Assembly: GCA_963750045.1 (NCBI GenBank)
Contig: CAVVPD010000002.1
Location: 199,736 to 263,735 of the forward strand
Direction: 5' to 3'
Source of the DNA: an uncultured Actinomycetes bacterium
Lineage (GTDB): Bacteria; Actinomycetota; Acidimicrobiia; IMCC26256; DASPTH01
DNA length: 64,000 bases
Positions 19,355 through 28,161 of this stretch are shown piece by piece (the first letter of the stretch is position 1; each line of letters opens with the position of its first letter). Made by a program: the position numbers and the translations under genes. The notes under the pieces are model-generated. The model did no database searches and was not told the origin of the DNA. It worked only from the letters and a program-made list of their open reading frames with translations.

Positions 19355-20254
19355 TCACATGATGCGTTGGTAGTCGCCGGTGTGGTCGCGCCGGTCGGCG
19401 AAGGCGCGGACGAGGTTGTCCTGCGTGTAGGTCGCCACGAGCCGACCGTCCTCGGTCCAGACGTTGCACCGGCCGTGCGTGCGGCCACGGCCCGCCCAGA
19501 TGCTCTCGTTGGCCAACAGGAGCCACTCCGACGCGTCGAAGCGTTCGTGGAAGTTCACCGTGTGGGACACGACACCCGTCGAGATCGTCTTGTGCGCGTG
19601 GCCCTCGTTGTATCCCGCGTGCGGCAGCATGGCGGTGCCGATCAGGTACCCGTCCGTCGCCCACGACAGGATCGCCTGGTGGACCACCGGGTCGCGGCTG
19701 GACACCTCGGCGCGCGTCCACACGTTCTGCACCGGATCGCGGAGCGGCTCGTCGTCGCTCCAGGTGTCGATGCCGCCGGCGATGAGCCCGACCGCCCCCG
19801 GGAAGACACGCCAGTCGGGGCGGTTGCCCGGGTCGTCGGGTGGGCCGACCTGCGGCATCGCGGCGTTCGCGGTGTGGCGGATCAAGTCGGGCTCGTCCTG
19901 GCTCCAGAGGATCAGCCCGCGCGACATGACCTTGCCGTGCTGAGCGAAGGTCACCGTGTCGCTCCCCAGAGTGCGGCCGTCGTGCATCCGCTCGACCTGG
20001 TACTCGATCGGCGCCGAGTAGTCACCGGCCCGGGCGAAGATCGCGTGGATCGACTTCACTTCCTTCTGGTTGGGGTGGTCGGCGCTGCGGTCCCGGTGGG
20101 CGGCCACGATCATCTGGGCGAGGATCTGCCCGCCGAACACGACGTTGCGCCGCTCACCGTCGTGCTCGGGCCTGCCCGCGTAGCAGTGGTCATCGACCTG
20201 CTCGAGCTCGAGCATCGGCGGTAGCGACGACGATTGAGGGGCCATGGCGCGCAT
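19355..20254 (-). CDS. tesB: Acyl-CoA thioesterase II (double hot-dog, TesB-like)
   Basis: The track ORF was trimmed because its N-terminal part overlaps the ABC ATPase gene. NVVFGGQILAQMIVAA... The start is ambiguous (20254, 20245 or 20215). Confidence 0.7.
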   Translation of the reverse strand: MRAMAPQSSSLPPMLELEQVDDHCYAGRPEHDGERRNVVFGGQILAQMIVAAHRDRSADHPNQKEVKSIHAIFARAGDYSAPIEYQVERMHDGRTLGSDTVTFAQHGKVMSRGLILWSQDEPDLIRHTANAAMPQVGPPDDPGNRPDWRVFPGAVGLIAGGIDTWSDDEPLRDPVQNVWTRAEVSSRDPVVHQAILSWATDGYLIGTAMLPHAGYNEGHAHKTISTGVVSHTVNFHERFDASEWLLLANESIWAGRGRTHGRCNVWTEDGRLVATYTQDNLVRAFADRRDHTGDYQRIM

Positions 20255-20324
20255 CCTATGCAGCGACGCTGTCCGCGGCGCGACGACCTCGCGGCAGCGG
20301 TCCCGTCGGGTCGCGCGCTCGCGG

Positions 20325-21047
20325 CTACTGATCGGCCTGCATCTCCCGCCCGCTCGACGGCGTGACGCCGGAGAGATAGGTGGCTTCGATGTCGTCGATC
20401 TGGCCGAGGAGCTCCTCGTTCGTCCCGGAGAGAGCGACGACTCCCCGCCGCAGGACGTAGCCCCGATCGGCGACGGCGAGCGCCGCCCGGATCTGCTGCT
20501 CGACGAGCAGGACGCCCACCCCGCGGGAGGCTGCGTCGCGGAGTGCGTGCATGAGTCGCTCCACCACCATGGGGGCGAGCCCGAGGGAGAGCTCGTCGGC
20601 GAGCACGACCTTGGGAGCACCGGCGAGCGCGCGGGCAAGCGTGAGGATCTGCTGCTCGCCCCCGGACAGCAACCCGGCGGACCGCTTGAGGAGCGGTCGG
20701 AGCTCGGGGAACCGTTCGAGGGCGTCGTCGACGGGTCCCGGCCCGAGCCGCAGGTTGTCGAGCGTGCTGAGCCCCCGGACCACCGAACGCTCTTCCGGCA
20801 CGTACCGCAAGCCCGCGCGGGCGCGCCGGTGGAGTGGCGTGCGCACCGGCTTCCCGAGCCATTCGACGCTGCCCGACGTCGCCTGGAGGCGGCCGGCGAG
20901 TGTCATCAGGGTCGTGGTCTTGCCCGCACCGTTGGCGCCCATGAGCGCGACGACCTCGCCGGCATCCACATGGAGGTCGAGGTCCGTCAGCACGGGAATC
21001 GAGCCGTATCCAGCCGACACGTTGCGAGCCGCGAGCAGCTCGGTCAT
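20325..21047 (-). CDS. ABC transporter ATP-binding protein, LivF-like
   Basis: Walker A GANGAGKTT, signature LSGGEQQ, Walker B VLADELSLGLAP. Confidence 0.85.
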   Translation of the reverse strand: MTELLAARNVSAGYGSIPVLTDLDLHVDAGEVVALMGANGAGKTTTLMTLAGRLQATSGSVEWLGKPVRTPLHRRARAGLRYVPEERSVVRGLSTLDNLRLGPGPVDDALERFPELRPLLKRSAGLLSGGEQQILTLARALAGAPKVVLADELSLGLAPMVVERLMHALRDAASRGVGVLLVEQQIRAALAVADRGYVLRRGVVALSGTNEELLGQIDDIEATYLSGVTPSSGREMQADQ

Positions 21048-23735
21048 GCGGAGGCTCCGAGGTAGGCCTCCACCACCGCAGGGTCGTCGCGAACCTCCGC
21101 CGGGGTACCGTGTCCGATCACCCGACCGAAGTCGAGTGCGACGACGCGGTCACAGGTGCGCATGACCATGCCGACGTCGTGTTCGACGAGCAGCACGCCC
21201 ATGCCCCATTCGTCCGCCAGGCGGCGGATGAGGGTCGCGAGCTCGCCGGTGGCCCAGTCGTCGAGTCCGGCGGCGGGTTCGTCGAGCAGCAACACCGACG
21301 GCGACGACGCGACGGCGCGGGCGATCGCGATCGTGCGGCGCTGGGCGTACGGCAGGTCTCCTGGCTTCTGGTCGAGCACGTCGCCGAGGGCGAACTCGTC
21401 GATCGCGATGAGCGCCGCTTTCGGCAGCGGCGGCGCGGAGGGCCAGACGAGATCCCGGAGGTACCGCAGCGGGTTCCCGTCGTCGGCGGCGACCCGGATG
21501 TTGTCGAGCACGGTGAGGTCGTCGAAGAGCTCGAGCGACTGGAACGAGCGGGTGACTCCGAGCGTCGCTCTCCGCCGCGGCGAACTGCGCTCGATGGCGC
21601 GGCCGTCGAGCAGCACGGCTCCGGTCGAGCGGACGAAGCCGGTCGCCGCCTCGATCAGGGTCGTCTTGCCGGCGCCGTTCGGACCGATGAGCCCCACGAC
21701 CTCGCCCGGTTCGACGGTCAGGTCCACGCCGTCGAGCGCGAGGACGTTGCCGAACTGGACGGTGAGGCCCGTGAGCTCCAGCCGTTTCGGGGTCGCTTGC
21801 GCCACCGGACGACGTCGCGCGGTCGCGCCGGCGTCTTCGGCGGCTCGGGCCGCGTTGCGTCGGAAGCGGCCGGCGATTCGCCGACCCTGCCCGGCGAGGT
21901 CCGACGCGATGCCATCGGGGTTGAACACGATCACGAGCAAGAGCGCGACGGCCGCGATCACGGGATACCAGCTCTCGGTCTCGATCACCTGGGTGATCAG
22001 GTGCTCGCTGACGCCGGCGACCTGCAACGCGCCGCCGATGAGCGCCCCGCCGATCCATCCGATCCCGCCGATGGTGGCGAGCAGGACGGCCTGGATGTTC
22101 CCGAAGAAGTCGAACGCGATGAGGTTGAGTCGAGAGTTGCGGAACGCGATCAGCCCGCCACCGGCGCCCGCCAGCGCGGACGCGAGGCAGAAGGCGTAGA
22201 ACTTCGCGCCCATGTTGCTGATCCCGAGGCTCGCAGCCGCGCGCTCGTTGTCTCTCACCGCGATGAGCCGACGACCGGCCGGACCGCGCCGGAGGTTCGC
22301 GACCAGGATGGCAGCGAGCGCGAGCAGCGCCACGACCACTGCGCCGTAGCGCTCGGGGTGGGTCAGCGCGTCGATCTTCCAGCCGAAGATCTCTGGCGGA
22401 GGAACGGTTCCCGGATGCAAGAGGCCACCGGTGTAGATGTCGTTCGACAACACCATCGTCGACAGCACGAGGCTCAAGGCAAAGGTCGTGACCGCCAGGT
22501 TCACGCCGCGGACGCGCAACGCGGGCAGCGACACGACCATCCCGATCGGGACCGTGAGCAGCACGCCGACCGCGAGCGCGAGCAGGAATGGCATCGACCA
22601 CAGGTCCGCGGCGTAGCGACCGACCAACAGCGCTCCGACACCCGCGATCGACCACTGCGCCAGGCTCAACTGACCGGCAAAGCCGGTGACGACGACGAGG
22701 GACAATGCGACGAATGCGAACGAACCACTGGTGATCACCACGTCGGTCCAATCGGCCGTGAACACCCACAGCGAACCGATCACCGCGGCCGCGAGCAGGA
22801 TGACGGGCAGCGGACGCACCCGACCCGTTCCCACCGACGGCAGTCGGTCCGCGAGGAAGCTGCGCAACGGCAGTGCCCGACCGCGCACGATCAGGAGCAC
22901 CACGATCACGAGGAAGGGGACCGCGGTCGACAGGCCCTTGAGGTACCCGGTCGGATTTCCGTAGTGCAGGGCTTCCGACTCGAGAACCCCGACCAACAGC
23001 CCGCCGAGCAGCGTCAACGGGAACGACGAGAAGTTCCCCACCAGAGCCGCCGCCAACGCGATCACGACCACCAGCACCGGGCTGTCGACCGACAGGCCGC
23101 CGACGATCCCGGCGAGCAGGATCCCGGCGAACCCGGCGAGCGCGCCGCCGAGCGCCCAGTTCGCGGTCGCGATCAGCGTGGGCGACCAGCCCTGCGCCGC
23201 CGCGACCGCTTCGTTCTCGGCCACCGCGGAAGTCGCCAGCCCGAATCGCGTGTACCGGTACGTCAGCCAGAGCACCGCGGTGAGCACCACGGTGATCGCC
23301 AGGATCCAGATGCGGTCCTCACCGATGATGATGCCGCCCCCGACCGGTTGGACCGCGCGCGGGAAGGAACTGCTCGACCGTACGGAATCCGAGATCACCG
23401 AGTCGGTGCTTCCAGAGCTCACGGCCGAGGGCCAACACGCCGAGCGTGGCGATGATCCGCACCAGCGGCGACGATCGTCGTAACGGCGTCATCACGACGA
23501 GGTTCACCACCCCACCGGCCACCGCGCCGGCGGCGACTCCCAGCACGATCGCACCCGTCGTCCCCAACGAGTCGCGCACCTCCGTGTACACCCCGGCACC
23601 CGTGAGCGCGAACACGCCGTGGGCGAAGTTCACCACTCCGGAGCCCCGGTACACGAGCACGATCCCCAGCGCCACGAGCGCGTAGATCGCCCCGCTTCCG
23701 AGGCCCAGGAGGAAGAACTTCCAGAATTCGTTCAC
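21044..23735 (-). pseudogene. LivH-LivM-LivG-type permease/permease/ATPase fusion, one frameshift as sequenced
   Basis: ORF 23319-23735 is the LivH N-terminal half (MNEFWKFFLLGLGSGAIYALVALGIVLVYRGSGVVNFAHG). ORF 21044-23422 continues with the LivH C-terminal half, a LivM-like permease and an ATPase (GPNGAGKTT, LPYAQRR). The frames meet at the C5 run 23337-23341. Confidence 0.7.
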
Positions 23736-23762
23736 GCAACGACGAGGCTCTCGGCCGACGTC

Positions 23763-24983
23763 CTACGCCGGCCCGCCGAACGCGTCCTGCCACTCGCCCG
23801 TGATCGGGACGGCCTTGCCGTTCTTGTAGGCGTAGCCGATGGCGTACGGCAGGATCACGTTGGGGGCGAGCCCGGCGAACACCGCGGGGTTCGGCTTGCG
23901 CGCGGTGTAGTCGAGGGGTGCCGACAACATTCCGTTCGTGTCGTACGCCGTCTCGGCCCCGAGCGCCGCGAACACGCCCGCGCGGTCCTTGGTCGCCGCC
24001 TGCTTCAGCTCGTCGGCCACGATCTTCACCGAGAGCCAGGCCTTTGCGCTCAGGTCGGTGATGAGACTGGCCTTGCTGTTCCCCGACGCCTTCATGTCCT
24101 TCACGAACTGCTTGTACTGCGCCGACGACAGGTCGTAGGAGCCGACGAGCACCACGTTCTTGGCGGCATCCCCGAGCTGGGACTTCAGGCTCGCGGCCGA
24201 GTGCACGCTGCCCGAGATGAACATCTTGCCCTTGTACCCCTGCTGGGTCAGCGCCTTGGTGAGCTGCGTCGCCTGCTCCTGCGGGACCGCCTCGACGATA
24301 CAGTCGGCGTTGTCGCTGACGAGTTGCGCCGCCTGCGACGACAGGTCGGCCGCGGTCGAGGGGATCGGCACCGACGTCGTCAGCTTCGTGTCGAAGGGCT
24401 TCAGCACGAAGCTGTCCATCACGCTGATGACCTGGGCGCCGGCCGCGACGTCGAGGTACGCGACCGAAACCGACTTGCCCTTGAGGTCGTTGAGGCAGAT
24501 CGGACCGGCGGCTGCGATGCCGGTGATGGACCCGCCGTCGGCGGGGAAGACCGCGGTCGACTTGAAGTCGCTCAAGCCGTACATTCCCGGGCCCACCGAT
24601 GCCAGCTTCGCGTTCTCGAGCTCGGGGTTCACCGTGTCACCGAAGTTCGTGTTGGTGCCGACGAGCGCGACCACAGCAGGGTCGTCGCCGAAGTCCCGGG
24701 CGCACTTCTGCGCGGTGTTGGCGTCGTTCTTGTCGTCGCAGTACTTCACCGTGATCTTCGGACCGCCACTCGCCTTGATGGCCTTGATCGCGGCCGCGAT
24801 CCCGGCCTTGTCCTGGGCGACCAGCGACGCGGTCTGGCCCGCCTGGATGGAACCGACCGTGATGTTCCCGCCGGAACCGGCCGCGGCGCGCGTGCGAGCG
24901 AATCCCGAGCTCGCTCCCGCGGCTCCGGCCAGCGCCGCTACGACCGCGCACGCCAATGAACCCACCACGAACTTGCGTCTCAT
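23763..24983 (-). CDS. ABC transporter substrate-binding protein (type I PBP, LivJ/K-like) with an N-terminal signal peptide
   Basis: 406 aa. The hydrophobic N-terminus is MRRKFVVGSLACAVVAALAGAAGA. First gene of the transporter operon. Confidence 0.8.
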   Translation of the reverse strand: MRRKFVVGSLACAVVAALAGAAGASSGFARTRAAAGSGGNITVGSIQAGQTASLVAQDKAGIAAAIKAIKASGGPKITVKYCDDKNDANTAQKCARDFGDDPAVVALVGTNTNFGDTVNPELENAKLASVGPGMYGLSDFKSTAVFPADGGSITGIAAAGPICLNDLKGKSVSVAYLDVAAGAQVISVMDSFVLKPFDTKLTTSVPIPSTAADLSSQAAQLVSDNADCIVEAVPQEQATQLTKALTQQGYKGKMFISGSVHSAASLKSQLGDAAKNVVLVGSYDLSSAQYKQFVKDMKASGNSKASLITDLSAKAWLSVKIVADELKQAATKDRAGVFAALGAETAYDTNGMLSAPLDYTARKPNPAVFAGLAPNVILPYAIGYAYKNGKAVPITGEWQDAFGGPA

Positions 24984-25079
24984 CGACGCACCCCCATGTC
25001 ACGAATTCCCCCGGATGGACCGAGCACGCCGTGCCGCCGAGCCGGAGCTCGCGCGCTCGCGGGCGCTCGTACGCCCCGC

Positions 25080-25108
25080 ATTGTAGTTCGATTCTCTAAT
25101 CTTGTCTA
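25080..25108 (-). promoter_or_regulatory. Sigma70-like promoter for the ABC transporter operon: TAGACA - 17 nt - TACAAT
   Basis: Read on the minus strand. This is the only AT-rich patch in the divergent SBP/marR intergenic region, about 95 nt upstream of the ATG at 24983. Confidence 0.45.
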
Positions 25109-25196
25109 CCGAAGCGCGCGCGATCCCGCTACGGGTTCACCCTCGAGCAACGGGACGCGTTCGCGCGCCGCACCACGCCACTACTGTGCCCCGGTG

Positions 25197-25664
25197 ATGG
25201 CGGCGAAGCGCGAGTCCAGCGAGCCGGACGAAGAACTCACCCTCGCGATCCAACTGCTGGCGCGGCTGGCGTCGCTGCTGAACACCGCGTGCGCGCAGGC
25301 GGATCTCAGTCTCGTGCAGTACCGGCTGCTCCTGCTCGTTGCCCGCCAACCACCACGTGCGCGCACCCTCGCAAGTCTGCTCCAGATCTCGCGTCCCACG
25401 CTCAGCTCGAACCTCAAGACGGTCGAGCGACGCGGGCTCATCGTCCGCCACACGGTCGCGGGCGACGGACGCGGCGTCCGGCTCGCGATCACGCCGGCGG
25501 GCCGCAAGGCGCTGCGCCGGGCGGAAGCCGAGCAACGCCAGGTGCTCCATCAGGTGCTGAGCCCTGCCGACCTTCGGCGGGTGCGGAACCTCGTGCCCAT
25601 CGCCGACACCTTCGACGCCGCCCTCGAGCACTACAACGCCACCGGCGAGACCCCCCTGAGCTGA
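25197..25664 (+). CDS. MarR family transcriptional regulator
   Basis: Start trimmed to ATG 25197. LSLVQYRLLLLVARQPPRARTLASLLQISRPTLSSNLKTVERRGLIVR. Confidence 0.8.
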   Translation: MAAKRESSEPDEELTLAIQLLARLASLLNTACAQADLSLVQYRLLLLVARQPPRARTLASLLQISRPTLSSNLKTVERRGLIVRHTVAGDGRGVRLAITPAGRKALRRAEAEQRQVLHQVLSPADLRRVRNLVPIADTFDAALEHYNATGETPLS

Positions 25665-25759
25665 CGCTCCCCGTGCGCGCGATGACGCGAGCGACTGCGG
25701 CCTTGACAATTCGCGCCCGCGCGCCAACCATTAGTTAGAAGATCAAACGAGGGGGACCT

Positions 25760-26896
25760 ATGGCCTACGACCTGTTCAGCGTCGACGACCACATCATCGA
25801 GCACGCAACGGTGTGGACGGACCGCCTACCCGCCAAGTACCACGACATCTGTCCCCACGTCATCGAGGAGGACGGGCGCGAGTACTGGGTCTGGGAGGGA
25901 ACGAAGTCCCCGCAGATGGGCCTGAACGCGGTGGCGGGCAAGCCGCGGGAGAAATGGACGATGGAACCCACGCGCTTCAGCGACATGATCCCGGGCTGCT
26001 ACGACCCCACCGAGCGCGCCAAGGACATGGCCGTCGACGGCATCAGGGCGAGCCTCTGCTTCCCCACCCTCGCCGGCTTCGGCGGGCGCGTGCTCGGCGG
26101 CTACGAGGACAAGACGCTGGCCGACCTGTGCATCAAGGCCTACAACGACTTCCACATCGACGAGTGGTGCGCGGCAGCGCCCGACCTCTACGTGCCGATC
26201 ATCGTCGGCCAGGTGTGGGACCCGATCGCCATGGCAGGGGAGATCCGTCGCGGCGCGGCCAAGGGTGCCCGTGCGCTCTCCTTCCCCGAGGGTCCGGTAT
26301 CGCTGGGCCTCCCGTCCCTGATGAGCGAGTACTGGGATCCGGTGTGGCAGGCGTGCGTCGACACCGAGACGGTGGTCTGCATGCACATCGGGTCGAGCGG
26401 CGAGTTGACGAACCCCGCACCCGACGGCCCCTTCGTCATCCCCATCGCGCTCGGCAACGTGAACGCGCAGGCAGCGATGGTCACGTTCGCCCTCTCGCCG
26501 GTACCGCGCAAGTTCCCCACCATCAAGCTCGCCATCTCCGAGGGTGGGATCGGCTGGGTCCCGGCCGCGCTCGAACGCGCCGACCGCCAATTCATCCGGC
26601 ACCGCCTGTGGGCCGGGATGGACGACCTGCTCCCGAGCGAGGTGTGGAGGAGAAACGTGTGGGGCTGCATGATCGACGAGCCCATCGGTCTCACGTTTCG
26701 GGACCACGTCGGCATCGACAAGATCCTGTGGGAGTGCGACTACCCGCACTGTGACAGCCCCTGGCCGCACAGCCAGAAGGAAGTCGAGGAGTTGTTCATC
26801 GCCGCCGACATCGACGACCGCGAGGCCGAAGCCATCACGCACCGCAACGCCGAGCAGCTGTTCCGGTGGGAGCTCGGCGTCGGCAACGGGCGCTGA
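25760..26896 (+). CDS. Amidohydrolase_2 family protein
   Basis: RBS GAGGGGGA upstream. MAYDLFSVDDHIIEH... and ECDYPHCDSPWP. Confidence 0.85.
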   Translation: MAYDLFSVDDHIIEHATVWTDRLPAKYHDICPHVIEEDGREYWVWEGTKSPQMGLNAVAGKPREKWTMEPTRFSDMIPGCYDPTERAKDMAVDGIRASLCFPTLAGFGGRVLGGYEDKTLADLCIKAYNDFHIDEWCAAAPDLYVPIIVGQVWDPIAMAGEIRRGAAKGARALSFPEGPVSLGLPSLMSEYWDPVWQACVDTETVVCMHIGSSGELTNPAPDGPFVIPIALGNVNAQAAMVTFALSPVPRKFPTIKLAISEGGIGWVPAALERADRQFIRHRLWAGMDDLLPSEVWRRNVWGCMIDEPIGLTFRDHVGIDKILWECDYPHCDSPWPHSQKEVEELFIAADIDDREAEAITHRNAEQLFRWELGVGNGR

Positions 26897-26905
26897 GGAT
26901 CGAGC

Positions 26906-28117
26906 ATGGACCTTCCCCGCATCATCTCGGTCGACGACCACGTCATCGAGCCGCCGAACGTCTGGCAGGATCGTCTCCCTCGCGGGTACGCCGAGCGCGC
27001 ACCACGAGTCGAACGGAGCATCGGGCAGATGGTCTACGACGGCGGCCTCCGGTTCACCGAAGGCGACGGCCCCGGGTCCGCGCCGATGGACCTCTGGCAC
27101 TACGACGATCTCGTGTGGCCCATCCCGCGCGGCATGGCGCAGGTCGGCCACCTCGACGAACCGTCGGCCCGCTCGATCACCTACGACGAGATGGTCCCGG
27201 GGTGCTGGGACCAGCGGGCCCGGCTCGACGCGATGGACGCGAACCACACCGAGGCCAGCCTGTCGTTCCCGAGCTTCGCCCGGTTCTGCGGCCAGACGTT
27301 CCTCGAACGCGAGGACAAGGAGCTCGCGCTGCTCTGCGTGCAGGCCTACAACGACTGGATGATCGACGAGTGGTGTGCGGGTGACGGCCGTGGCCGTCTG
27401 ATTCCCTGCACGCTCATCCCGCTCTGGGATCCCGAGCTGGCGGCGAAGGAGATCCGGCGCTGCGCCGGCAAGGGGTCGTTCGCGGTCGCGTTCTCGGAGA
27501 ACCCGGTGCCGCTCGGACTGCCGAGCATCTACGGACCGCATTGGGAGCCGTTCTTCCGTGCCTGCGACGAGACCGGCACGGTCATCAACATGCACATCGG
27601 CTCCTCGTCGGCCATGGCCGCCACCGCACCCGACGCGCCACTCGAGGTCGGGATGTCCCTCACCGCGGAGAACTCGGTGCACACGTTCGTCGACTGGTTG
27701 AGCTCGGGCGTCCTCGCCCGCCATCCGAACGTCCGCATCGCGCTCTCCGAAGGTCAGGTCGGCTGGATGCCGTTCATGATCGAGCGCCTCGACAGCATCT
27801 GGAACCGCAGCCACTTCTACGGCGGACAGCTGCGCGCGGCACTGCCCGAACCACCCAGCACGTTCATGGCCGGACGGGTCTACGGCTGCATCTTCGACGA
27901 TCTCCACGGCCTCGCGAGCCGTGACGCGATCGGGATGGGACAGATCATGTTCGAAACCGACTATCCACACTCCGACTCGACCTTCCCGCACTCGCGTGAG
28001 ACCGCGGAGAAGATGGTCGCCGCCGCCGGCCTCGACGAACACGAGGCGTGGCAGCTGGTCCGGGGCAACGCCATCGAATGCTTCGGACTCGCCGCCCGGA
28101 TCGGCGTCGACCGTTGA
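26906..28117 (+). CDS. Amidohydrolase_2 family protein
   Basis: MDLPRIISVDDHVIEPPNVW... and ETDYPHSDSTFP. Confidence 0.85.
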   Translation: MDLPRIISVDDHVIEPPNVWQDRLPRGYAERAPRVERSIGQMVYDGGLRFTEGDGPGSAPMDLWHYDDLVWPIPRGMAQVGHLDEPSARSITYDEMVPGCWDQRARLDAMDANHTEASLSFPSFARFCGQTFLEREDKELALLCVQAYNDWMIDEWCAGDGRGRLIPCTLIPLWDPELAAKEIRRCAGKGSFAVAFSENPVPLGLPSIYGPHWEPFFRACDETGTVINMHIGSSSAMAATAPDAPLEVGMSLTAENSVHTFVDWLSSGVLARHPNVRIALSEGQVGWMPFMIERLDSIWNRSHFYGGQLRAALPEPPSTFMAGRVYGCIFDDLHGLASRDAIGMGQIMFETDYPHSDSTFPHSRETAEKMVAAAGLDEHEAWQLVRGNAIECFGLAARIGVDR

Positions 28118-28161
28118 CCGCCGTGTACGAGGAGCAGGAGCTCCAGAGCGACGCCTTCGAG

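Noticed and set aside
21110-23455. 781-aa plus-strand ORF
   Set aside because: It is antisense to the LivHMG permease/ATPase fusion. It is extremely Arg/Asp/Glu/His-rich and non-protein-like.
25826-28042. 738-aa minus-strand ORF
   Set aside because: It is antisense to two well-supported amidohydrolase genes. Its composition is Arg/Gly/His/Asp/Val-rich with no recognisable motif. This is the typical high-GC shadow ORF.
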